Part shown: one piece after another, positions 1 to 11,403 of the stretch
Position numbering within the stretch: the first letter of the stretch is position 1
Layout: each line of letters opens with the position of its first letter
NCBI GenBank assembly: GCA_026936335.1
Contig: JAPMXV010000032.1
Location: 338,226-402,225 of the forward strand
Source of the DNA: Mantamonas sphyraenae STR306
Lineage: Eukaryota; Protista; CRuMs
Direction of reading: 5' to 3'
DNA length: 64,000 nt
Made by a program: the position numbers and the translations under genes
The notes under the pieces: model-generated
What the model was told of the DNA's origin: nothing
The model's database searches: none
Seen by the model: only the letters and a program-made list of their open reading frames with translations

Positions 1-3000
1 CAGCCTCGCCGTGCTCAACCGTGCCGTGCTTCCCGACGCCGCCGATCCAGTCGATGCACGACTCGACTGACGACGCAACGACGCCGTGGCTGCCGCCGAC
101 CCCGACCCCGACCCCGACCCCGATCCTGTCAGTGTGCTCTTGCGTGCCATCTTTGGCACCAATGCCTCTCCGTCCTCGTCGCTCGTGTCTGAATCGTCCG
201 CCACATGCACCGGGGCGGGTTCATCCTCATCCACAGTGGTGGTGTTGGTGGTGGTAGTCCCAATGGTGCTGCCCTGGTAGCTGTTGCTTGTGGGCATGGG
301 CAATCCCACACCGTCGTCGTCACTCGAGTCATCGTCAGCGGGATGGTTGGGCAACGTTGCACGTGTCTTTGTCCTTGTGCCTGACGGTCCCTTGCGTCCT
401 CGCAAACTGCCTGCCGTCATCCCCGTCCCTGTGGCTGCCACCACAGCCACCACAGCCTCTTCCTCCCCCTCTGATGATGATGAGACACCCCCACCACGTC
501 CACGTCCTCCTCTGTCGCTTCCAGACGTGTCCTCTCCACTCAGATCGCTGTCGTCCAGATCCAACGCTGCCATCAACTCCTCCCGTGAACTCTGCGGTTG
601 CATGAAATCCGTCGTGCCTCCCTCCACTGCACCTGTCGACGCCTCTAGCTTGTGTGTGGCCACCGCCTGTGCACCTGCACCTGCACCTGCCCCTGCCCCG
701 GGTGCCACACGCCTGCTGCCACGTGTGTTCTTGCGTCGTGGCCCTGCGTTGTTGCCCTTCCTCCTTCCGTCACCACCACCACTCAAATCCTGCATGGCCA
801 CCGCCTCCGACCCGTCGTCCATTATCTGCGTCGTGTTGGCCATCGGCGCCGCAAACGACACATCCTCGTCCTCGTCCGAGTACTGCTCTCCATGCTGCTG
901 CTCCTGCTTGTGATCCTCCTGACCATCACTTCCATCATCATCATCATCATCCTCATCCGCACTGCTAATCACCCCTCCATCATCATCCGACTCGTCGTCG
1001 TCGTCGTCGTCATCCGACGAAGCATGCCTGCTGCCCTTCTTGCTCTTGGACTTCTTGCCATCCTTCTTCTTGTTCTTCTTCTTGTTCTTCTTCTTCTTGC
1101 TCTTTGTGTCCTCATCGCTGTCGCTGCCATCGCTGTAATCCATCTCTTCGTCACTGTGGTCGTCGCCGCGATCCTTGGCCCCGCGTTCGCCCGTGGATGT
1201 TTTCACAATGTGCAGAAACACGTCCTCCAGACTCGTCATGCTCACCGTGAAATCGCTCAGCCCCAGTTTCTTCTGGTTCTTGCGCAGGTACGCAAACAGC
1301 TTGGGCATGTCGCCCACCCGCTTGCGTGGCACCGTCATCGACACCGTCTCCTTGGTTTTGCTCACCTCGCTCGTGAACAGCGAGCCAAACTTGCGTCGCA
1401 GCGTGCGTTCCAGCTTCTTGGCCGACGTCCCCGCCCCGTCCTTGATCAGAATCAAACGGTAGCCGCTGCCAAACTTGTTCTTCAGATGCAACGACGACCC
1501 GATGCACTTCATCTCGCCACGTGCCATGATGCCAATCTTGTCCGACAACACGTCCGCCTCCTCCATGCTGTGCGTGGTCAGGATGATCGCCCGCCCCTGC
1601 TTTGCATTCTCAATGATGTCCCACACCTGGCGACGTGCCACGGGATCCATCCCGGTGGTGGGTTCGTCCATAAACACCACCGGCGGGTCGCCACACATGC
1701 TGATGGCCACACTCAGACGCCGTTGCATGCCTCCACTGTACGCCGAGGACACCACATCCTTCTTGTCCATCAGATGGACCTCTTCCAACCGTTCCTGGAT
1801 GTGTGCTTCCACCTGCGAGCTGGCCACGCCTCGCATCCACGAAAAGATGCGCAGGTGTTGTGCCCCGGTGAGTTCAGGCCACAGGTGGTCAAACTGGGGA
1901 CACACACCCACCCGGTTGCGAATCTGGTCCACTTCGTCCCGCACCGAGTATCCGTCCACCCGAGCGTCGCCGGACGAGGGCGGAAACAGCCCCGTCATGA
2001 TGCTCAGCGTGGTGGTTTTGCCCGCGCCGTTGGGGCCCAGCAGACAGAACAGCGTGTTGCGTTTGATGTAGTAGCAGATGTCCTTGACCGCCTCAAAGTC
2101 ACTGGCCGACGACACAATCGGGTAGCGCTTGTACACCTTGCGCAGGTTGCGCACCACAATCTGTGCATCGTCCGGCTCGTTCCCACCCATAATCACCTCC
2201 CGCTCCTCCTCCACGTCGTCGTCCATCTCCTTGAACTTCTTCACGTACGCACGACGCCGTCCGCGCAGCAGCGAGCGGCCCGTCCAATACGAAGGGGTGA
2301 GGAAGAACCAGGGCGAACGGCTGGCGGCAAACGAGTTGGGCAGCACGTTGTCCAGGTACCACGCAAGCACAAAGTAAATGGCCCAGTCGTACAGCAGCTG
2401 CATGTACACCGCCTGCAATGGGTAGATGTCGTCCGTGGCATGTGTGGCAATGTCCGCCCACCGGATCCCCTCGGGTGCCTTGCCGGGCTCCGTGCTGATC
2501 GACTTGGCCAGCAAGTCGTCCAGGCCCTTCTGGAACACCACGGGGGCGGCAAAGGACACGTAGAAGCGCACGTCCTCCGCAATATTGTTTGTGTAGATGA
2601 TGGTGGAGGTGATGCCGTTGCCCACCATAAAGATGAGAAAGAGCAGAAAGGCCACAATGTTCGCCACGCGCACCTTGCTGATGAACGACGACAGAAGGAA
2701 CGCAAGCGCGTTCATGCATGCGCTAAACTCCACAAACAGCACCGTGTAGGTTTGCCAGTCGTTGTACACAAACAGGCCAAAGTCCAGGAAGTACCCTGCC
2801 ACTCCCATGCCTGCAATGCTGGCCACAATGATGGGCACGTCGTTGATGAACCACGTGAGCCAAAACACAGAGTCCTTCAGACCCGCCTGTTTCAGTGCCA
2901 ACCGCAGCCGGTTCTCCTTTTCGCCCACATACACGTTGACCATGAAGATCAGGTGGATGAAGAAGGATGCCAGGATAAACAAGCCCATCGTCGCCGTGTC

Positions 3001-4278
3001 CTCAAACGGAGGCACCACCAGTGGCTTCACAAAGTCCCGTCCGTCAAACTTGAGCGTCGTGTTGGTGTTCTCCGTCTCAAAGTCCACTGTGTGTGATGAT
3101 GATGATGACGATGATCGCCGCACCCCGTGAGTCAGTGTGTCCCCCCCCCCTTCCCTCCCTCTCTGTCTCTGTCTCTCTACGTATGTCACTGCTCGCCACT
3201 GCAACTCACACTCTGCCGCCATGATGCGCGTGTGGTACGCCGCAAAGATGGTGTTGTAGTAATCGCGCTGCCACTGGTTTGCACCTGGCCACATGGTCGT
3301 GTTGAGCTGCACCGCCACACGAAACTCGTGGATGGGAATGGTGAGGTTGTTGAACTGGGTGTCCAGTCGCCAGAACACATAGCCTCCTTGGCTTTGGTTC
3401 TGGTTGGCCTTGAGCCAGTCGTCCAGTGCGTACGGCGTGTCGAATCCACGCACTTCCGACTCTGGAATCACAGGATTGTTATGCCTACGCACGTGGTCGA
3501 TCAAGTAGCGCACCTGCACGTTGTCCTGCGGTGCATATGTGATTGTGTAGCACGGTTTGGCCCCCTTTGTGCATCGAGGAATGTCCGTCCACAGAGGCAC
3601 CGCTGTACGTGTGTGTTTTCCGTCATGCCCATGCACCATCCACCGTGTATCCCACACCACCCGTCCGTTTCCACCACCGCGTCCGTTTCTCGTGTCAGTA
3701 ACTCCTCTCTGAGGCGTCCGTTGAGGGAAAAAGCAAAAAACGCCCCTTCAACGCGCGTTTTTTTGTCCACGAAACGGACGCGCAGTCTGCAAAGGGGCCC
3801 GTGTCACACACACACACACACACTCCTTTGTTCTCAACCAAACACATACACACACACTGGACTCTCTCTCTCAGGAACCAGAGGCGTTTGGAGGATAAGG
3901 TCACTTACACACGCGTTCGGGCGTCTCGGAGCCGTAGGTGCTGATGACCCAGAGGGCGACCACAAAGATGGCGGGCATCAGCAGACGCAGCAGAGTGGTG
4001 GGCCAATTGTTCAAAGAGAGCAGAGCATTCTTATACGTGATGGCTCGAATCTGGCGCAGGCGAACGGAAATAGGGTCGTCACTGCCTTTCTCAATGACAA
4101 CTCGTTTCTTGGCCGGCACGTCTTGCAGCACCACCTGCTCCTCCCTCGTCTCTTCATCGTCCTTCTCAACCACTTCTTGTTCCTTGTCCCCGCTTTCCAC
4201 ATGCACCACTGCCGTTCCCGTGTCCTCCTCGTCGCTGCTCCCGTCGTTCTTGCCCTTCTTTCGACTAAACCGACCCAT
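1..4278 (-). CDS. ABCA-subfamily half transporter (TMD-NBD) with long low-complexity C-terminal tail; 3' end runs off the window. Exons 4278-3909, 3602-3210, 3086-<1
   Basis: Manual translation gives Walker A GPNGAGKTT, signature YSGGMQRRLSVAI, Walker B VVFMDEPTTGMD and H-loop LTTHSMEEAD. N-terminal TM helix LLRLLMPAIFVVALWVIS. Phase-compatible introns GTAAGT..CAG and GTGAGT..CAG. Spot checks keep the frame open to position 1, which explains its absence from the ORF track. Confidence 0.92.
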
Positions 4279-4378
4279 GGCGTGCCTTGCTCCGTGCTTC
4301 TTGTCTCCCCCTGCGCGTCCATCCGCAACCAAACTCAACTTTCTCTGCACCCCACCGGCCCACGAATCACACATCACC
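4279..4378. promoter_or_regulatory. Putative bidirectional promoter between the two ABCA genes (100 bp ATG to ATG)
   Basis: Divergent ATGs at 4278 (-) and 4379 (+); promoter function inferred from position only. Confidence 0.6.
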
Positions 4379-7300
4379 ATGGCCAAGGACGGATACGAGC
4401 CCGTATACTCGTTCTCCGACCAGTTTGTGGCCCTCTTTCTCAAATCCGTCGCCTTTCAACGCTCCCAGAAAAAGACTACGGTTTTCATGATTCTGGCTCC
4501 CCTGGCTCTGGTGAGTCCTCTGCCACGCCCCGTTCTGCGCACCTGCTCGCTTCACGCTCTTGGAGCGTACGCCAATGCGTGTGTGCTCGTGTGTACATGC
4601 TGTGACGCCTGCAGAGACGAAAACCCGTCCTTGTTGTGCGTTTCCCGCCCTGCGAAACGGCCCTTGCTTTTGCTGACACTTGCTGCTCGCCTTCTCCTTG
4701 TCAGCTGGGCGGCCTCATTGGACTCAACATCTGGCTGCAGCAGGAGCTGGCCAACATTGACAGTGCCAAGCAGCCCGAACTGCTGCACCCGCGCATTGAG
4801 AACTTGGGAGGCCCGCTGTACGTTGTCTGCCGAGGACAAGAGGAAGAGCCACCACCCACAAGCACAGCCACTCACATCCACTCAAAACCATCCCCCCCCC
4901 ACCCCCATCATGCAACACACACACACACAGTCAAACCATCTATTGGAGCGAACGCCGTGGGTACCAGGAGTACTACGAGGTGCCGTACACTGAGAAGCTG
5001 CCGGAAGGGTCTGTGTCAGTGGGAACACCGCCTCAGAACCTGTCGTTTCTTGGCACAGGCATGCTATCGAATGCACCTTATGTGCCAGTGGGCAAGTTTC
5101 CCAACGGATCGGTGTATCCCATCTACGACTTGCAAAACAATGCCAACAACATCACCAACGCGGCCCCGTTGATGCTCAAGTATGACACCGAAGCAGCCAT
5201 GAATGCGTTTGTACGTGAGCGATACGGCGTCAAGGCGCTTCAGGTGGCTATGGAGTTCAACCGCACGTTGTATGACCCTCCCACGGTGGAGGCCGCCATC
5301 TCCGTCAACGTCAGCGCCGATTACTACAGCTACAAGCAGCAGTTGACGCAGGCCACGGTGTGGATCCTTCAGGGCATGTGGAAGACAGTGCCCTGGCCCA
5401 AACGCAACCAGACAGGGTGTGGCATCCCGTCGTGGAGCCACTGCTACTGTTGCGACCCAAGCACGCAGGGTGGAAGCAAAGGAGGAGGAGGAGGAGGCGG
5501 TGGCAGCGACAGCAACGGCCAAATCATCTCCACGGAGAACTGTTGCAACTTTCAGGGCTGCACGGTGGGCACGTACAGCGTGGATACCAACATGGGCGTG
5601 GGAGGCATCGACAACAAGCAGTGTGTGACGGCATCACGCCGGGACATTGGATACTACAACACAGGCATCAAGGACTTTCCCAAGGACGCCAGCACGGTGA
5701 CGTTTGACGTGATCAGTTTCGTGCAAGGGGTGTTCCTCTCCATGTTGGGTCTGCTGTACCTGCCCATCTTTGTCGGGTACATTGTGGCCGAGAAGGAGGA
5801 CCGAGTGTTGTACGTGATGAAGATGATGGGCCTGCGCACCAACATCTACTGGCTGGTCCACTACATCTTTGACCTGTGCATCTTTCTGGCTGCCACCGTG
5901 GTCACCATGCTCACCGGGTACCTGGGGGGCATCCGCTTCTTCACTCAAAACGGCCTCGTGGTCCTCATTGTGTACTACGTGGTGTGGGCCCATGCGCTCA
6001 TTGGCATGTGCTTCTTCATTGCCGTGTTTTTCAACAAGAAGCGCCGCGCCTCCATCCTCAGCTTCATGCTGGTCATTGGCTCCGCCGCCGTGTCCAACAT
6101 CCTTGTGCCCACCATCAACAGTGCCCAACACACCGACCTGGAGCTGTTCTACTACTCCCTCTTCCCGCCTCTGGCCTGGTCCCGTGGCATCTTTCTCTTC
6201 TCCACTGCCAGCGTCCTGGGCAACGTGCCCATCACCCTGGCCAACCTCACCACCCAGGGCAAGCTCATCCTGGACATTATGATCTACATGGCGGGCGAGG
6301 CCGTGGTGTTCTTCCTGCTCACCTTTTACCTGGAGGCTGTGGTGCCCCGTGGCTACGGCGTCAAACTCAGCCCCTGGTTCTTCCTCACCCCGGGCTACTG
6401 GGCCGACGTGTGCAACCTGGAGAGCGACGTGGAACCGCAGCGAGTGACGCGTGCGGATCTGGAGGGCAACGTGTTTGGCAAGATGCTGCGTGGCAAGAAT
6501 CAGGAGGAGTACAACTACGACTTGGAGCCGTTTGACGTGCGTGCCGAACGACAACGCGTCTACAATGGCCAATCCGAGTCGGTGAGCTATGCCGAGGCCA
6601 TGCGCATGAGTGGCGCAGCCTCGGCGGGCGAGGATGCCACCCAGGAGGACAAGAAGAAGGGCAAGACGAAGGGCAAGAAGAAGGGCAAGGAGGACAAGAA
6701 GAAGAAGAAGAAGAAGGACAAGGGCAACAGCAAAAAGGCAAAGAAGGCCAAGCATGAAGATGACGACGATGACAACAACAGCAGCGACGATGAGGCGGAG
6801 GATGAGGCGGAGGCTGAGGAGGAGGAGGAGGAGGAGGACCGTGCAACGAAGCAGAAGCGAAGCAACAAGAACGAACGGATGATGGTGCGTGTGTTGAACC
6901 TGCGCAAGGTGTACAGTGGACGGCCACCCAAGGTGGCGTGTGCCAACCTGACCATTGGCATCAACAAGGGCGAGTGCTTTGGCATGCTGGGGCCCAACGG
7001 GGCGGGCAAGACAACAGCCATCAGCATGCTGTCGGGACTGTTTGGACCTACGTCGGGTACGGCGTACGTGCATGGGTATAGCATCCGCACACAGATGGAT
7101 AGGGTGCACATGGTGATGGGTGTGTGTCCGCAACACGATGTGCTGTGGGGCGACCAGACACCCAAAGACCATCTGCGATTCTACGGACGCCTGAAGAACA
7201 TGAAGGGACCCGAGTTGGAGGAGGAGGTGCACGAACGCCTGAAGGACGTCAACCTGGTGGATGTGGCGGACAACCCAGTGCACACCTTCTCTGGTGGCAT

Positions 7301-7842
7301 GAAGAGGCGTCTGAGCGTGGCCATTGCACTGGTGGGCCATCCGCAAGTGGTGTTTCTGGACGAACCCACCACGGGTCTGGACCCACGCTCCCGCCACGAG
7401 CTGTGGGAGGCCATCAAGAAGGCCAAGAAGGACAAGGCGTTGATTCTGACCACGCACTCCATGGAGGAGGCCGACTACCTGTGCGACCGCATCGGCATCA
7501 TGGCCAAAGGGAGTGCTGCGTTGCATTGGAGAGAGCTCCGAACTCAAGCAGCGCTACGGCGCAGGCTACAAGTTTTCGCTGACTGTGGACGAATCAAAGC
7601 CACAGGAGGACGTGGATGCCTTTCTCGATCCTTTGCTGCCGGGACGAGTGGAACTCAACAACCTGGGTGGCACGCGTAACTTTGAGGTGCCGCGTGCCGG
7701 CGTCGATCTGGCCACCGTGTTTGACACCATCGAGGCCAAGAAGAGCGAAATCGGCATTCTGGACTGGGGCATTTCCCAGACCACACTGGAGGAGGTGTTT
7801 CTCAAGATCAGCCAGGAGAGTGAGTTGGAAGGCGAGCAGTAG
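4379..7842 (+). CDS. ABCA-subfamily half transporter. Exons 4379-4510, 4705-4817, 4931-7842, with one apparent extra base near 7506-7511
   Basis: Motifs IVAEKEDRVLYVMKMMGL, GPNGAGKTT, FSGGMKRRLSVAIAL, VFLDEPTTGLD and LTTHSMEEAD. The ABCA C-terminus (LRCIGESSELKQRYGAGY...WGISQTTLEEVFLKI) continues in ORF 7513-7842. GT-AG introns are phase-compatible. Confidence 0.93.
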
Positions 7843-7918
7843 CTGGCGTGGCAGCACAATGCAATCATTCTCTGCAACCGATTGTTTGTTTTCAAGATGT
7901 CAAATGAAGTCTCTGTGG

Positions 7919-8567
7919 TCACTTTGTGTCGTCCAGCTCCTTCAGAGCCTGCTTGGCCTGCGACAAGATGCTTCCCTGAGCGTCGGTGGAGAGCACCCAT
8001 TCCAAGTATCGCTTGGCCTGGGGTTCTTTGAGGAACTGACCCCACGTCATCCCCTGGAACTTCTTGAACATGGGCGGCACAGGGTCCGACTTTTTGAATG
8101 TGGCAGACGACGCAGAGGCGGAGGAGGAAGGTGCGGTTGCCGAGGAAGAGGAAGAGGAAGAGGAAGGAGATGCAGAGGCGGAGCTTCCTCCGCCACTGGT
8201 GGAGGAAGAGCCAGAGCCAGAGACAGGTGAGGATGAGGCAGAAGGGGCACCAGCACCGCCGAGCTCACGCCACGGGTAGCCAAAGGGCTTGGAGGTCTTG
8301 AGCCGCCACAGCTTGCGCTTGTCCTTGGTGCGTGTGTTTTCAGCCAGCACGGTGATGGCATGCTTGTCCTTAAACTCGGTGATAAACGAGGGGTCCCACA
8401 ACTCCGAGGCAATGCCCAGATCCTTGCAGCAACGCATCAGTGCGTTGGATTTCGTCGACTCGCACGCAGACGCAAACGACATGAACGAACTCTGCGAATA
8501 GTCCTGTTCCCCGCGGGCCTGAGCCACAAATCGGCCCAGACAGAACAGGGCATACTCGCGAGACAGC

Positions 8568-8603
<36 letters not shown>

Positions 8604-9301
8604 CGTATGTGTGTGCGAAAGGGAGTCTGCGTCAGTGCCAGGAATCTCGGGTCTCGGGAACCGGAAAAAGGTGTGGAACTCACCGATTTGCCATGGATCT
8701 GGGGCTCACCGATGGGCACCATGCCCCAGCCACCAGGACCAAACGCACGGTTGAGGTAGCGACGGTACTTGATCTCGGGCAGGTAGATGAGGCCGTCGGG
8801 TTTGATTTCGACGTCGTTGGGGTCCACGGGGTCGCCCAGGACGGCGGCCACTTCCTTGGGGAAGGGCTCTGCAGAGATTCCCGTGTACAGGTTCATGAGG
8901 TTAACCCCTGGCGAGTTGTTGTCCCACTGGCCTTGCAGCGACTCGGCGCCTTCCTGCTCATCCGCCTGGGCCACGAAAGCGTGGGTGGAAAAGCGATGGA
9001 CCATTAATGCCGGAGAACCATTTGTGTGGCGCCCGTACGCCCCATGCAGCGATGCAAGTCCACTGGGTTGACGCCCAGATGTGCGCAAACATGCTTTGTG
9101 ACCCCAAGAGGGTTGTGTCTGCTTCAGAGCACCCGTGTGCACGGTTGAACGAGACGTTGAGGCAAAGGAACGGGAACCGACCAGTGTAGGCTGTCCGTGT
9201 GCAGTCGTGTGACGTGCCACGTGGACCAAAGTGCCACGCACTCCCCGCGTGGCTTGGTGGATGCTGGGGGACAACTTGGATGTGACTCTACGTGCAAACA
9301 T
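7919..9301 (-). CDS. MGM101: Mitochondrial genome maintenance protein Mgm101 (Rad52-like annealing protein). Exons 9301-8684, 8566-7919
   Basis: Core VEIKPDGLIYLPEIKYRRYLNRAFGPGGWG...REYALFCLGRFVAQARGEQDY...SNALMRCCKDLGIASELWDP. Arg/Ser-rich, acid-free ~110-aa N-terminus typical of a mitochondrial presequence. 117-nt intron GTGAGT..CACAG. Confidence 0.92.
8568..8614. repeat. (GT)n/(CA)n microsatellite at the 3' end of the MGM101 intron
   Basis: Seen directly. Confidence 0.95.
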
Positions 9302-9388
9302 GAGGAGAGTGGGAGGGTCAATGTTGTTAGTTGGAAATGGGCAGCATGCCGCAATGGAGGCAAATTGCATTGCATCATGGCCTCTGGC

Positions 9389-10645
9389 TCACACGACGAA
9401 AATGTTTGAAAAGTACAGATTGCTGAGTTGCTGGACCTCGTCGTGGATGTCGATGATGTTTGCGTTCTTGTTGTCAAAGAGGACGTAGAACTCACGTGCT
9501 TGGGAGCGGATGGCCACCACCCACTTGCCTGAGCTTGTCTTTACACTGACCTCGCTCAAGTCTTCCTCGCCGTCCACAAACTGCTGGTGGATGTCTGTGA
9601 GGATGCTCATCAGCTCGGTGGCGTTCTGCTCCCGCATGGACGACTTGAGAGCAAGGTTCATGTGGTTGAAGTAGAGGAATTCGTAGGTGTCGTCGTCAGC
9701 TGGCTTGGGCTGTTCGTCGATCATTTGGGTCAGAAAGTCGACTTCGGGTTGGATGAGCTCGTTGAGCGATTGGTAAAACTCCAAATCGGTGGACGACGAG
9801 TCGTCTGTGAGGAAGAGCACGGTTAGGGGACCCTGTTGGAACACCAGCAGGTGGTACTCCTGTTCTCCATGGTTCACAAACACCTGCTGCACATTAAAGG
9901 CGGTTTCAGGGTCATCCAGGTCCGCCGGCCCCGTCAGGAATCCCGAGCGTCCGTCGCCCCCGAAGAGTGTCTCCACCTGTGTGCCCATCAACAATTGGCT
10001 GCGATTGCCCAACTCTGCCTCTGCCAGTTCCGCCAACGATTCGTTCAATTGCTTGCGCGACACACGCGTGGACAGCCGCTGAGTCAACGACTTGCGGTTT
10101 GCCTGGCTCTTGGGGCTGCCCAGGTGCGACGATGACGATGAGGACGATGAACCCGACGACGTTAATGTGTTGGATGATCCTTGCGACGAGTTGCCGTCCT
10201 CTCCCTGTTGCTCCCGTGCGCTGAGATGCCGCACCACAAAACGGTACAGGATGCGCATGTCTTCGAGCTCCAGCCCACTCCACACCAGGTGGTCGTTGTA
10301 CAAGAAACACGTGTGTTTGATTTGCGGGAAGGCATTCTCGCAGATGTTGACCTGGTTTTCGTAGGGTGGGGAGGGAGTGCTTGGTCGTCAGCGATGCACA
10401 GCCCTCACCGCAACACGCTCCACCACCACCAGCAGTGGCACCCGAGGCCCCACAGGAGCACCCTTGGAGGCCACGAGGACCAGGGACACCAGGGAAAACT
10501 TACAAATGATTGCACACGCAGGTAGAGGCCCTTGTCGAGGGGCATAAAGATGATGCCTGCGGGCGGATTGGAGAGGGTTAGCGAAGCCTGTTGTCTTTGG
10601 CACCACAACACCCATGGAGGGCGTGAAAGAAAGGAATACAACCAC

Positions 10646-10691
<46 letters not shown>

Positions 10692-11244
10692 ATAGTGGAC
10701 AAAGACACGCACCATTGAGAGATGTGACGAGGTCGAGTTGACGGAAGGGCACTGAGGCGAGCTGGCTGAGCATGTGCTGGTCGAGTTTGTCGACAAGGGT
10801 CTTGAGGGAGAAGCTGTCGATGAGGTGCTCAAACGTCCCATTGAAGAATACAAAGGTGTGGTACAGCTGTTCGATGAGTTGCTTGAGCACCTGGTCGTTG
10901 AGCTCCTCCTCAAGATAGGTGATCTTTGTCTCCCCCTCCTTGGTGACAGTGATGCGCTGCGGATTGCTCATCACCATCACCATCCACATGTTGGGCTCAC
11001 ACTCTCGGTACACGTAACGGTGTTTCTGTGTGTGCAACGACTCGCACGCCACGGGCGAGAACGTGCCCGTGAAGTTGATCAACGCCTCACTGAGGCCGAC
11101 ATTGGACATCTTTGTGTCCAGATTTGTGTCCTTGGGGAAGTAGAACAGAATCTTCTCATGCTCATTCTCTTCCCGTTGCCCAAACGTCGGGTTGAAGAGG
11201 AACAGGTGCGCGAGGTCCGCACGCTTGATGGTCTCGCTGCTCAT
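9389..11244 (-). CDS. CCZ1: Vacuolar fusion protein Ccz1 (Mon1-Ccz1 Rab7 GEF subunit). Exons 11244-10713, 10556-10504, 10351-9389
   Basis: FLFNPTFGQREENEHEKILFYFP...VGLSEALINFT; FMPLDKGLYLRVQSFVN; FLYNDHLVWSGLE; FLYFNHMNLALKS; WVVAIRSQAREFYV. Phase-compatible GT-AG introns. Confidence 0.92.
10650..10686. repeat. (AC)n microsatellite in CCZ1 intron 1
   Basis: Seen directly. Confidence 0.95.
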
Positions 11245-11403
11245 CTTGGTCGTGCCTGCGCAGTGGGTGCAACCTGTCTCAACATCACTGCATGTGTATG
11301 TATGCGTGCGTGCGTGCGTGCGACGGTGTCTGTGTGTGCGGATGTCCCTGTCGAATTCCACCGCACGCGCGCTCCTCCAGCACACAAACGAAAAAAAACA
11401 ACG
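11245..11403. promoter_or_regulatory. Putative bidirectional promoter CCZ1 / secreted copy A (159 bp)
   Basis: Divergent ATGs; contains a (GCGT)n tract; function inferred from position. Confidence 0.5.

Noticed and set aside
652-3096. Long antisense ORFs (also 5634-7547, 11585-13324, 23647-26937, 35708-38227, 38348-41320, 46616-56823)
   Set aside because: They are shadows of real genes on the opposite strand, produced by GC-rich codon bias; the His/Arg/Val-rich translations show no motifs.
7500-7515. Possible programmed +1 frameshift at AAA GGG in the ABCA gene (and at AAA near 29768 in DEPDC5)
   Set aside because: Both are single extra bases in short homopolymers, and similar indels occur across the window. 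Long-read error is the simpler explanation; short-read polishing would decide.
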